Under the pieces are notes generated by a model. The model was given only the letters and a program-made list of their open reading frames with translations. It did not search any database and was not told where the DNA came from. From Candidatus Binatia bacterium (GTDB taxonomy: Bacteria; Desulfobacterota; Binatia; HRBIN30): a DNA stretch of 64,000 bases. The stretch covers positions 1,106 to 65,105 of the forward strand of contig CALAMI010000017.1 of NCBI GenBank assembly GCA_937925685.1, read 5' to 3'. Of this stretch, positions 40,135 through 50,418 are shown piece by piece. The position numbers were made by a program, and so were the translations under genes. Each line of letters opens with the position of its first letter. Positions within the stretch are counted from its first letter, which is position 1.

Positions 40135-41487
40135 TTAGTCTTCAACCGGTAAGCCGCTGGGCACCCGCACGGGCACAAAGCGCGCCAAGCTGAACACCGC
40201 CGGATCGGTCAGCTCCTCGAGAAACGTGAGCAGGTCGTCGATCTCGCCGTCGCTCAAGGGCGCCGGTGTGCGCAAAAGCGGGTCGAGGTTTGCCAACATC
40301 TCTCCTTGTTCCCGCGCATCGTTCCGCCAAGTCGCTCGCAAGCGTGAATCCACTTGCGAGATATCGTAATGCTGCCAGGCTCTAAGCACGTCGAGGTGAT
40401 GGCGGACGGCCAACTCGAGCGACGTATATGCTCCATCGTGCATCCACGGACCGGTCACGACGACATTCCGCAATGGCGGTGTGCGGAAAGCGAACCGATC
40501 CTCGGGGCGCAACGTTTCACGTCCTCGCCCAAAGTCAGCCGGAGCTTCCGCGCCTTTACCCGGGCCAATTTGGGGAACTGCGAGGACGTGAAATTGTTGA
40601 TCGGTCAACAGCGGGCCGCTGTGGCAGCGCACACATCCGCCCTCTCCCAAGAACAAGAGCGCGCCGCGTTTTGCCGCTGGAGATAGCGCCATGAAGTCAC
40701 CGCGCAAGTAACGGTCCCATGGGCTGTTCACCAAATTCCCCAACTCCATCTCGAAGGCCGCAATCGCTGTAGCCGCGTGCTGAAAACCCCAGTGGGATGC
40801 TGGAACCTGGGGGAATGCAGCGGCAAAGAGTTCTTCGTACTCCGGAATCGCCCGTAGTCTGCGCATCAATAACGTCCAAATCTGAACAAAATCACCGTCG
40901 GCCACCTCGGCCAGTTCGTTCGGGCGACCGAAGACATCGCGATCCCCGGGGTGGCCACGCATCTCATCGCGAGAGGTCACCGGGAACATGGCTTGCGCTG
41001 CCAAAACGCTCGGCACTCCTTCAGGCAAACGCTGGCCAGCAGGCGTGCGGAATCCGTGCTCTGGAGAACCACTGACGCGGCCGTCCCAAAACATAGTGAT
41101 CCATAACGGGTCTCCGCGGTTGAAAAGCTCCGGGGCGTTGCGTGGTATGAAAGAGCCAACGTCACCGAGGTCACGGTCCGGACCGAGCCCGTGTCCGCCG
41201 GTGCCAATGGAAACCGACAACCCATCTCCCAGGGCAAAACGCGGGTGATGGCAGGTGGCGCAAGAGATGTCTCGCTTCCCGCTCAACTCTTTATCGAAGA
41301 ACAGCGCTTGCCCTAAAATCACCTGCTCTAAGGGCGGCCGCGGGATCGCACTCAAGGCGCGGATTCCATGGCCGCGGATTAGTGCTTGGAGTTGAGCATC
41401 GATGCTGTCAGGGGGATCGGCGTCGGTCCCACAGCCCGCCACCACGAAAATACCCACAATGGACCACAGGAGCCTGCAACGCCGCAT
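40135..41487 (-). CDS. Di-heme cytochrome c peroxidase (CCP/MauG family)
   Basis: Two heme c sites, CATCHH and CVRCHSG. Conserved GRVSGSPEHGF-type and PLRNV regions. N-terminal lipoprotein-like signal (VAGCG). Confidence 0.8.
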   Translation of the reverse strand: MRRCRLLWSIVGIFVVAGCGTDADPPDSIDAQLQALIRGHGIRALSAIPRPPLEQVILGQALFFDKELSGKRDISCATCHHPRFALGDGLSVSIGTGGHGLGPDRDLGDVGSFIPRNAPELFNRGDPLWITMFWDGRVSGSPEHGFRTPAGQRLPEGVPSVLAAQAMFPVTSRDEMRGHPGDRDVFGRPNELAEVADGDFVQIWTLLMRRLRAIPEYEELFAAAFPQVPASHWGFQHAATAIAAFEMELGNLVNSPWDRYLRGDFMALSPAAKRGALLFLGEGGCVRCHSGPLLTDQQFHVLAVPQIGPGKGAEAPADFGRGRETLRPEDRFAFRTPPLRNVVVTGPWMHDGAYTSLELAVRHHLDVLRAWQHYDISQVDSRLRATWRNDAREQGEMLANLDPLLRTPAPLSDGEIDDLLTFLEELTDPAVFSLARFVPVRVPSGLPVED

Positions 41488-41886
41488 AGAATCGCAACTG
41501 GACGGGCCTCACCCATGGCATGGCGCAGCGCGTCACGCAAGCCCTTTTTGTTCCCGTGCGACAACACGACACAGCTGGCGACGTCGACCACGCCGCGCCA
41601 GGCAAACCCGCCACCTTTCGCCCGTGCGACAACAGAGCCCCGGCGAGCGATCGCCCGCGGGCCCCGGTTGTCGGTGGCAGTTGAGACGACCTTCCGTGCC
41701 GCCCCCACCTGTCCCAGCTGCCCACTTGGCTACGCCAATCCGTGGGCGCATCCCAGGTTTGCGAGCCAGGTTCAGTGTCTCGCTAAAAGTGCGTAAGCGA
41801 GTATCCGGCGGGGAGGCAACTCGGCAACTCTAGGCCAATCGAACCCTGCCCCGAGGCGCGCGCGCTGCGGGCTCGGCGCTCAACCG

Positions 41887-44800
41887 CTATCCGCCCACGC
41901 TCGATGCGGCATCGGTATAGTCTTTGCCCTCGTTGTTGCTAGCTTCTGCCGCAACTTCGCGTTCCAAGCGTTCTATGTCGCTTTGTGACAAGCGGAAGTA
42001 CTGCGCCTCGGGGTGGTGAAACACCAGTGCGGTTACCGAGCCCTCGGGATCCATCATGTATCCTTGGGTAAGGCGCACCCCGATGCGTTCCGTCACTTGA
42101 AGCAACCGAAACAAAATCTCTTGGTCCTCCAACCGCGGGCAAGCGGGGTAGCCAAAAGAGTAGCGCCGCCCCCGATACTTCGCTTGGAAGAGGTCTTTCT
42201 TCGTGGTTCCCGGCGGATCGGGGAATCCCCACATTTCGCGGATTTTTTTGTGCAACAGCTCGGCAAATGCCTCGGCCCCTTCCAGGGCGAGCACTTGCAA
42301 GATATGGCAACGCAGGTAATCGCCGCCAGCTTTCCATTCTTCGGCAATAGGCCGCACATCCGGTCCAATCGTGGTAGCGAACATGCACAGGTAGTCGGCA
42401 CGGTTGGACTCCAGGGACCAAATGTAGTCTGCCAGGCACAAATAGGGCGGGTCGGACTGTCTGCCGAACCGGAAAGTGGCGAGCACCTCCTTGCCGTCGC
42501 TGGTAAGGATATGCAGGCGGTTGCCTTCGCTCGCGGCACGAAAGAAGCGGTAAACGGCACGAGCACGGAGCTTGGGGTGGCGCACCATGAAGGATTGTAC
42601 TTCTGCGACACGCTCGGCGAGCTCGCGCGCCGTACGTTCGCCGCTGGCTAAAGCGCTTTCGAAGTCACCTTGGTATCCCAGGTGGCGGTTATAGAGCATC
42701 TTCGGATTGACGTATGCGAAAATCGTATCGAGGTCGTAATCATCCACCACGTGCAGCTTCAGATCTGGAGGGAGCGGCACCTCTTCGAGTGGGCGGACGT
42801 TCGAGCGGGTAGGTGTCGCTGCAGGGAGCGGCTCGTCGAGCCGGGTGCTGATCTGGCCAAGCAAGCGTGCCGTTTCCTCGCGCAAGCGTTGTTCCAGCAA
42901 GGCCCGCTGGCTTGGATCGACAACTCGTTTTGCAAGTTCGAGCCCGGTCATCGCGTCGCGGGCGTAGGCAACGAGGCCACCGTACGCAGGCGCGATTCGC
43001 GTGCGCGTGAACTGATTCGACAGCGCAGCGCCACCGACGAGAAGCGGGCAGGAAATACCCGCCTCTTTGAGTTCCTGTCCGGTGGTGACCATCATTTGTG
43101 CCGAACGGACGAGGAGGCCCGAAAGGCCGATGGCATCGGGGCGATGCTCACGATAGGCGCGCACGAGTTCCTGCGGGGGCACATTGATACCCAAGTTAAC
43201 GATGCGAAAGCCGTTGTTGCTGAGAATGATATCCACCAGGTTCTTGCCGATATCGTGGACGTCGCCTTTCACGGTGGCCAGCACAATCGTGCCACGCAAC
43301 GAATTTGCACTTTTCTCCATGTGCGGTTCGAGGTAGGCCACAGCCGCCTTCATCACTTCCGCAGACTGCAGCACCTCGGCCACGATGAGTTTGTTTTCGG
43401 CAAACAGCCGGCCGACTTCGTCCATCCCTGCCATCAAAGGACCATTGATGATTTCCAGCGGCGTGCGCGTGCGCAGTGCTGCATCGAGGTCAGCGAACAG
43501 TCCGTCGCGCGAGCCTTCGACGATGTAGCGTGCAAGCCGCTCGTCCAGTGGCAGATCCGGTGATGCTGCCCTTTTCTCCTGAGGAGCCTTGGCACGGAAG
43601 TACGCGGTAAACGCACCCACTGGATCCGCTCCCCGCCACCAAATCAAATCTTCGGCAAGGCGACGCTCTTCTTCAGGAATGGCAGGGTACCGCTCGAGTT
43701 TCTCGGTGTTGACGATGGCCAGGTCCAGCCCCGCCTGCACCGCATGGTACAAGAACACCGAGTTCAGCACTTCGCGCCCGGCAGGCGGAAGACCGAACGA
43801 CACGTTGGAAATGCCCAAGATGGTTTTGCACTGAGGCAAAGCTTGCTTGATCGCACCGATGCCTTCGATGGTTTCGGCTCCAGAACCGATGTAGTTCGGG
43901 TCGCCCGTGCCAACGGGGAATACCAGGGCATCGAAGAAAATGTCTTCTGGCAAAACGCCATATTTGCGGGTGAGAATATCGTAAGCCCGCAAGGCGATTG
44001 CCAACTTGCGTTCCTTGGTAATGGCTTGTGCTTGCACTTTGTCGTCGTCGATACAGCCAACGACTAGTGCAGCCCCGTAAGCGCGGGCCAAAGGCACCAC
44101 GCGTGCGATTCGCGCTTCTCCATCTTCGAGGTTCACGGAATTGATGATGGACTTTCCGGGTGTGCGCTTCAGGGCTTCTTCCACCACCACGGGGTCGGTG
44201 GAGTCGATCATGATCGGGACTTTGATCGCCTTCACCAGGATTTCGAGAAAACGGCGTACGTCTTCGACCTCGTCGCGATCTGGGTCTTGCAAACACACGT
44301 CCACCACGTGGGCGCCCTTGCGTACCTGATTGCGTGCCACTTCAGCAGCCATTTCCCATGCGCCCTCAGCGACAAGCCTTTTGAATTGGCGGCTGCCCAG
44401 TACATTCGTGCGCTCGCCCACGAGGATCGGACGGGTATCTTCGTCGATCACCAGCGCTTCGATGCCCGAGACCACGCACCGGCGGGGCACCTCGGCACGG
44501 CGCGGTGGATATCGGCGAGCGACCTGGGCGAGCAAGCGAATGTGTTCCGCCGTGGTGCCACAGCAGCCACCGATCACGTTTACCCAGCCGGCGGCGCAAA
44601 ACCGTTCCACTTTGCGAGCCAGGTCAGCGGGGGACTCGTGGTAATGGCCATGTTCGTCGGGCAGGCCGGCGTTGGGATAGACCGAAATCGGGAAGCGGGA
44701 GATCTCCGCCAAGGCCCGCAAGTGATCCGTCATGAAATCCGGGCCGGTCGCGCAGTTCATACCGATCGCGAAGAGATCGCGATGAGCTACAGACGCGTAG

Positions 44801-45444
44801 AGTGCTTCGATCGACTGCCCAGCCAGCATCGTGCCCATGGTTTCAATGGAAACCGACAGCACCACCGGCACACGGCGGCCAAGCTGCGCGCAAGCGTCGT
44901 CGATGCCTAACAAGGCCGCTTTCACATTGAGCGTATCTTGCTGGGTTTCGAGATACAGGAGGTCGACGCCACCCTCGATCAGGGCACGAGCTTGCTCGGC
45001 GTAGAGTACACGGACCTGGTCGAAGGTAACGCCGCCGGTCAACGAGATCGTCTTCGTGCCCGGGCCCATCGCCCCGGCCACGAACCGCGGCCATTCGGCG
45101 GTACTGAACGCATCGGCAAGCTGGCGGGCGAGCTGCGCTGCTTGGAAGTTCACGTCGTACACGAAATCTTCCAGGCCGTACTCGCCCAGGACCAGGCGGG
45201 TGCCCCCGAAGGTGTTGGTTTCAATAATGTCCGCACCGGCCTCGAGATAAGCCCGATGGATCGATTGGATCACATCGGGGCGGGTGCGCACGAGGTTCTC
45301 GTTGCAGCCTTCGAACGCTGGGCCACCGAAGTCCTCCGCAGTCAAAGCGAACCCCTGGATCGCGGTGCCCATGGCCCCGTCGAGCACGAGAATTCGCTTC
45401 TCTAAACTAGCGCGCAACGCGCCTAGCCGTTCCTCTGGCTGCAT
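41887..45444 (-). CDS. metH: Cobalamin-dependent methionine synthase
   Basis: Full module order: Hcy S-methyltransferase (RILVLDGAMGT, GGCCGTT), pterin-binding, B12-binding cap with DxHxxG (GDVHDIGKN), and AdoMet reactivation domain. ATG at 45444 (MQPEERLG) aligns with E. coli MetH; 45456 is a GTG extension. Confidence 0.9.
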   Translation of the reverse strand: MQPEERLGALRASLEKRILVLDGAMGTAIQGFALTAEDFGGPAFEGCNENLVRTRPDVIQSIHRAYLEAGADIIETNTFGGTRLVLGEYGLEDFVYDVNFQAAQLARQLADAFSTAEWPRFVAGAMGPGTKTISLTGGVTFDQVRVLYAEQARALIEGGVDLLYLETQQDTLNVKAALLGIDDACAQLGRRVPVVLSVSIETMGTMLAGQSIEALYASVAHRDLFAIGMNCATGPDFMTDHLRALAEISRFPISVYPNAGLPDEHGHYHESPADLARKVERFCAAGWVNVIGGCCGTTAEHIRLLAQVARRYPPRRAEVPRRCVVSGIEALVIDEDTRPILVGERTNVLGSRQFKRLVAEGAWEMAAEVARNQVRKGAHVVDVCLQDPDRDEVEDVRRFLEILVKAIKVPIMIDSTDPVVVEEALKRTPGKSIINSVNLEDGEARIARVVPLARAYGAALVVGCIDDDKVQAQAITKERKLAIALRAYDILTRKYGVLPEDIFFDALVFPVGTGDPNYIGSGAETIEGIGAIKQALPQCKTILGISNVSFGLPPAGREVLNSVFLYHAVQAGLDLAIVNTEKLERYPAIPEEERRLAEDLIWWRGADPVGAFTAYFRAKAPQEKRAASPDLPLDERLARYIVEGSRDGLFADLDAALRTRTPLEIINGPLMAGMDEVGRLFAENKLIVAEVLQSAEVMKAAVAYLEPHMEKSANSLRGTIVLATVKGDVHDIGKNLVDIILSNNGFRIVNLGINVPPQELVRAYREHRPDAIGLSGLLVRSAQMMVTTGQELKEAGISCPLLVGGAALSNQFTRTRIAPAYGGLVAYARDAMTGLELAKRVVDPSQRALLEQRLREETARLLGQISTRLDEPLPAATPTRSNVRPLEEVPLPPDLKLHVVDDYDLDTIFAYVNPKMLYNRHLGYQGDFESALASGERTARELAERVAEVQSFMVRHPKLRARAVYRFFRAASEGNRLHILTSDGKEVLATFRFGRQSDPPYLCLADYIWSLESNRADYLCMFATTIGPDVRPIAEEWKAGGDYLRCHILQVLALEGAEAFAELLHKKIREMWGFPDPPGTTKKDLFQAKYRGRRYSFGYPACPRLEDQEILFRLLQVTERIGVRLTQGYMMDPEGSVTALVFHHPEAQYFRLSQSDIERLEREVAAEASNNEGKDYTDAASSVGG

Positions 45445-45730
45445 GACCCACTCCACTTAGCCCAATCCCCCCAAGCCGCAACTGTGCTCCGCGCGCTCGG
45501 TGGACTCCGGCAAATAGCCAGATGTGCGCGGACAAGCCGGCGCTACGGGGACGCACCGCTTTCCGGCTCCAACGCCTGCATCGGGCCCCGATGTTTCGCA
45601 GCTCGCTAACCTTGCGGTGATCGACCGGCTCGGTGGACCCAGGGGTTTGATTCTCGCCCCAAAACATCGCTACCCGTCCACGCCAGCAAAGCATCCGGCT
45701 ACCTTCCCTATTCCTGCTCGCGCGCGAGCC

Positions 45731-48700
45731 TCAGCTTGTACGCCAACGGATCCAAGGAAATCGCCTGGCGGCTGATCGCACTTTGCAATGCAACGACTCG
45801 GAACTCACTGGGGCGCCCAGCATCACCCAGGAGAACGATCCCGCAACGCTGAGGATCTCGAGTGCAGCACTCCCATAGCTCTGCTGGCACCAGATGTCCT
45901 CTTGCCCCCAGCGCTTCGCTGCGACCCAGCAATAGTATTCGGGCTGTCCCGCGGCGCTGGAACGGCACCAATGGAAGGGCCTGTCCGCACGCACAATGGT
46001 GCTTCCGTCGGGGTGGACAAAGGCATCTCGACCCGAATCCCACCGACAACCCAACGCCGCCGCGAAAGCCCAAAACAAGCGCGCAGCCCTAGCGACTCTG
46101 CCCCGACCGCGGCTCACTGCCGCAGTACGTCGAGCGTACACGGCCACTTCGCTTTCCATCCACTCGACATCGTTCTCATCTCCTGCCTCATGGCGCCCCC
46201 TGCGGGAAAAGCGGCGATTCCGCAAGCACTGGATCGTTCCTTTCGAGTTCGTTCTCGGACGAAGAGAGGGCACGCAAGTCCTCCAACTTGAAGTGGCTAC
46301 GGCAATCGTCCGCAATGAATTCCCGTGAACGTTCGAAACACGTGGCGATCGCTTCCTTCACGCCCTCGTCTTGAAAAGGCTTGGCTAGCTCTGCCACGAT
46401 TGCCTTGGCGACCCTAGTAAGCTTCCCCCGGGCGGACAAACAGGCTGCGCCCGTGCCAAAGCCCATCGCGCTTCGCTGGCGGTCCCGCTGGCTGGCCATC
46501 GATGCACGGCACCACGGACAATTCGTCCTCCCCATGCAAGCAATGCACGACCGTTTCTGCCATCCGTGCACCGCCTACCCGGCAACGTTGCTGCAAACCA
46601 TCCTCCGAGACGACGATCCTCCGAAGCATCCTACCTGACTCCTGCAACCAACTCGGTGATTCGCTGTCAAAGTTCGATCTGGAGCACGAACGAGACTTGG
46701 GCAGCGCCGCAGGTCGTTCCTCTAACACGGAGTTTAAATCACGGAGCACGGCAAAAGGCTCGGCCGAGTAAACCGTCGCCCCAACCACGGTCAAATTCGC
46801 GGTGCTTTCCTTCACGCTGGTGAACAGTTCTTGATGGCGCACCAAGGTCTGCATCGTCACCCGGTATCGCAAGCGCTCCACTGGAACCCAAGTGTTTTCC
46901 ACGGAAAGCCAGTGTCCCACACTTTCCCAAACCTCGCGAGGAAACCGACCGAGCGCTTTTCGCACTCCTTCAAGTTCGCGCGACTCCAAGCGTACCCCGC
47001 TAGGGAGGCCTGACAACCACTCTAGAACCGCATGCGGACTAGGCTCCTCTGCAACTCCTATGGCCCGCCAAAACTTCAGTTCCGCCACCACCGGATGGAT
47101 GAGTGGCGGATCTGGATAAGCCTCCGACGGACGCAGGTACACTTCGCCCCGGCGGGCCCACCCATAGGCTTCGGTTAAAATCAACGGGGTCTCATCGAAC
47201 GCTTGCCGTACCACCTCCAATTGTTGTGGATCTTCCGGGGTCAGAGCCTGGTCAAGGGCGCGGTAATGCTTTTCGATCTCGCTCACCACTTTTTTCGGCT
47301 CGGAAACCGTTGCCAGAGCCCGTAGCCGCTCGAGCAGTTTTTCTACCCCAGCCGGGCGGGTGCACACTCCAAGAGCCTCGAGCAACGGTTTCGTGATGTC
47401 CTGATCCCAATCCACGTGAACGAATGGCTCCATGCCAAGAAGGAGTTCGATGTCACGGTTGCGAAGATACAGATCGCTCGGCACCCGAATGATTCCGTTG
47501 GTGCCGGGAAAGCAGGGCAGCAACCGCAAACGAAAAACCCAGGCAGCTACAATCGGACCGGCTGACACGTCGTGCGCACGTACTCGACCAAGCTGGTAAA
47601 CCTTCGCATGCAAGCGTTCTCTCCAGCACGGTGGCGGCGCAGCGATCATCGCCCGAACCACAGAGGCCATGACCTCAGGAACTGCAGGGGCAAGCTCGGA
47701 CCATCGCTGTGGTAATGGCGGCGCGAAATCGTAATCCACCCAAAGGGAGCGCTCGCTCTGCTGGGGCGCAAAGAACCCATCCGCCACGCTACGTCTCTCC
47801 AGCGTAAAAGAGAGCTGGCGTTTGCAGTGAATGCCCTGCTGCAATTCGCTGAACGGTGGACAGAGGGCCAATCTCCTATTGGGCGATCGCAGCCAACTCT
47901 GCCATTTGTCCAAAGCACACGCCTCCGAGTCGCGAAAATACCCGTCGTGCAGCACGCGGGTTGCTTGCCAGTCTTCCGGTAGCAACTCTTCCACCCACGT
48001 TGCCGCCGATCCACTCTTCCGTCCACGGCCGCGACTCACCATCGCGAGTGGCGGCTCGCAGAGACTTAGGAGCTTCCACATCCAGAGCGGCCATGAGATG
48101 GGCGATCAGCACATGCTGCGCGAAAGGCACATGACCGCGGGAAAAGAGTCGCTCGCATGCCCGGTGTGCGATGGTTGCTGTGTTGGTCGTCGTGCTCAAC
48201 CCCAAATCCCTCAGCAAGCGACTAGCCGCGTTGACTTCCTCTCGTTCCCGCTCGCCCTGACAGCGTGCCTCCAGGTACTCGATCCATTGAGCATCCACGA
48301 GGTCGATCAACCTAGAAAGAAATACCCAAGCTCCCTTGCCAATGTGCGCCGCGCGCTCGAGTAGGCGAACGACATCCGCCGCGCGTCGTAAAACGGAGCT
48401 GTCTGCAACAGGGACAAGCTGAAGACCTTGCCCTGGTGTTCCCGAGATAGCCGTTTCGGCAAATGCACGTGCACCCAATGCCACCAGCGAAGCAAGCGCT
48501 CCTGGTGCTGCGACCGCGGGATCTGCTCTGCCATCTCCAGTTGTTCGATCGGCTCGTCGTCATTGCCCGCCTCCATCGCATTCCAAGACAGCAGGGCTCT
48601 TCGCTGCGTAGCCGATACCTCGGCAGCAAGGACGTGCCGAGGCGGATTCCGGCTTTGGAAAACAGTGAGGATTTCTGCTGGCGACCACACCTCGTCAACG

Positions 48701-49879
48701 ACATTGGGAGGGGCTCGGCAATCTTGCCGTTTCACCAGCTCGCCCGTGCTGGTGAGCAACAGTGGCGCGTTGCCGATCACCGCGCCCATGGCCGTGCAAA
48801 TAGCTTGTACGACGTCTGACTCTAACGAGTCTCGCGCTTCGACTTTCTGCGGCAACAACTCGTAAGCCCGCGCTCGCTCGTTCAGCGACAGGGAGCGATT
48901 CCCCAGCCACTGTAAAACCGCTTGCCCGGCCACTGGGCCCACCCGCTCCGAAAGCCATCGATTGGTTGGCGACAACGACAGCGACTTGATCTCGGACCTG
49001 GCCGGGTCCTGGATGAAGGGCGCGTTGCAGGGAAATGGCAGGTCTAACTTCACGCCGCCCGGCAGCACCACGAACGCTTGCTGCGGGTCCGGTAACCCTA
49101 GAACGACTTGCACGGTGCAGGCTGGAACATCGAACTGTTCAGCAAACCGCTCCGCACGAATTTCTTCCTGAGCATCTAGGGGAAAGGCGACGTTCGTCTC
49201 GGAGTGGATTCAAAGCACCTCCTGTGTCGTGCCAGCCCGAAGCCGAAGCCGCTGCGAATTGGCAATGGGCCCAGCCCCAAGGCGCTGCAGGCTCAGCTCG
49301 CGCCTATTGATCGAAAAACCTTTGATATGCTGAAAGAAAATGAGGGAAATCGGGTTCTCCACCCACCCTCTTAAATTCTTTTCCAGTTCCGCCTTTGCCT
49401 GTCCTTCAGTCAGGTGCACGCAGATGCGCCTGCCATCGCTCTCGGAGGCAGCGTCGAGCCACTCAGGTTGAGTAAAGCGCCTCTCCGAAAAGCGAACGGC
49501 CAGGGTGGGCGTGAGCAACACAACTTCCTCCCCCAGGCTAAAGGTGGATTTAAAACCCACTCCTCGGAAGCCGATGGTAAACAGCTCGCTCTTGTTGGAA
49601 AGCCCGAAGTGGCAGAGCGAACGAAATTCTTCCTCGCTGAATTCCCGGCCGTCATGTTCGAACACAAATTGATCCTCGTGCAGTTAGACCCGAACATTCT
49701 CCGCCCCCACCATCGTCAGCATTCTTGAGAAGTTCCGACAACACGTGACGCGGGCTCTGAATTTGCCGGAAGAGCTGCCACCATGGTCGAGAAATCTGTG
49801 GCTTTGCCTCGAGATCGTCCCAAAGACCTTTGGCCTCCGCGACAATGGCGGCAAAAAATGCCGGCGGTTTCCGCCTCAT
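45731..49879 (-). pseudogene. Sacsin-like GHKL/HATPase_c_3 ATPase giant protein (~1380-aa equivalent), fragmented
   Basis: Fragment 49652-49879 carries RHVLSELLKNADD (Bergerat motif I of sacsin/Hsp90-like ATPases). The continuation GAENVRV-TAA-LHEDQFVFEHDGREFSEEEF...ELFTIGFRGVGFKSTF lies in a different frame and contains an in-frame TAA. Downstream pieces 48307-49113, 47876-48484, 46414-48081, 46188-46571 and 45731-46315 overlap pairwise in different frames. Confidence 0.5.
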
Positions 49880-50334
49880 CGCCCCACCTCCTCCCCGTTC
49901 TCGAGCAACTCGACGACGTCGAGAGCTACGTTAATTTGCTCGAAAGCAGGGCAATCCCCCGGTCGAGGCCGAACGGAGTCGAGCTGGGGCTTGCTGCCGA
50001 CGAAACCGACCAGTGCGAGTACGAACTGCTCTGGATCGTTGAGACCGACCAGAACTTCATCTCTGTTCAGAACGATTTTGGCGGCCCGGTCAGTCACGAC
50101 AACCCCGTTGATGAAATCCACCCATCCAGAACTGGGATCTAGGCTTTCGATCTCGTAGCCGAGTTGCTCTGCGCTTCGCTCCACGGCCTGACGCCCTCGT
50201 TGTGGTTCGGTTCCGAGCACCCACTCCACCGCGCGCCGGTGCAGAGAGTGGTTTTCGCTAAGCCCTCGAACTCCAGTGCCGCTCGGATCGCCTTGCTCGC
50301 CTTCCGTGAAGGGTGCTTTGGAAGAGGCGCACAA
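49876..50334 (-). CDS. Hypothetical protein (152 aa) between helicase and GHKL genes
   Basis: Open frame whose stop overlaps the start codon of the GHKL fragment. No motif recognised. It could instead be the 5' end of the GHKL gene. Confidence 0.3.
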   Translation of the reverse strand: MCASSKAPFTEGEQGDPSGTGVRGLSENHSLHRRAVEWVLGTEPQRGRQAVERSAEQLGYEIESLDPSSGWVDFINGVVVTDRAAKIVLNRDEVLVGLNDPEQFVLALVGFVGSKPQLDSVRPRPGDCPAFEQINVALDVVELLENGEEVGR

Positions 50335-50418
50335 ACGCGCGGTGATCCGTGCTAGAAGCCCTTGTGGAACAACAAGAAAACCGATTTCGACCAGCGGCCG
50401 AGCTGCGGAAATATGCGC

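Noticed and set aside
45445-45730. Possible cobalamin riboswitch upstream of metH
   Set aside because: A partial AAUAGGGAAGG stretch is present in the leader, but no B12 box (GCCACUG) or the paired elements. metH is not normally B12-riboswitch controlled.
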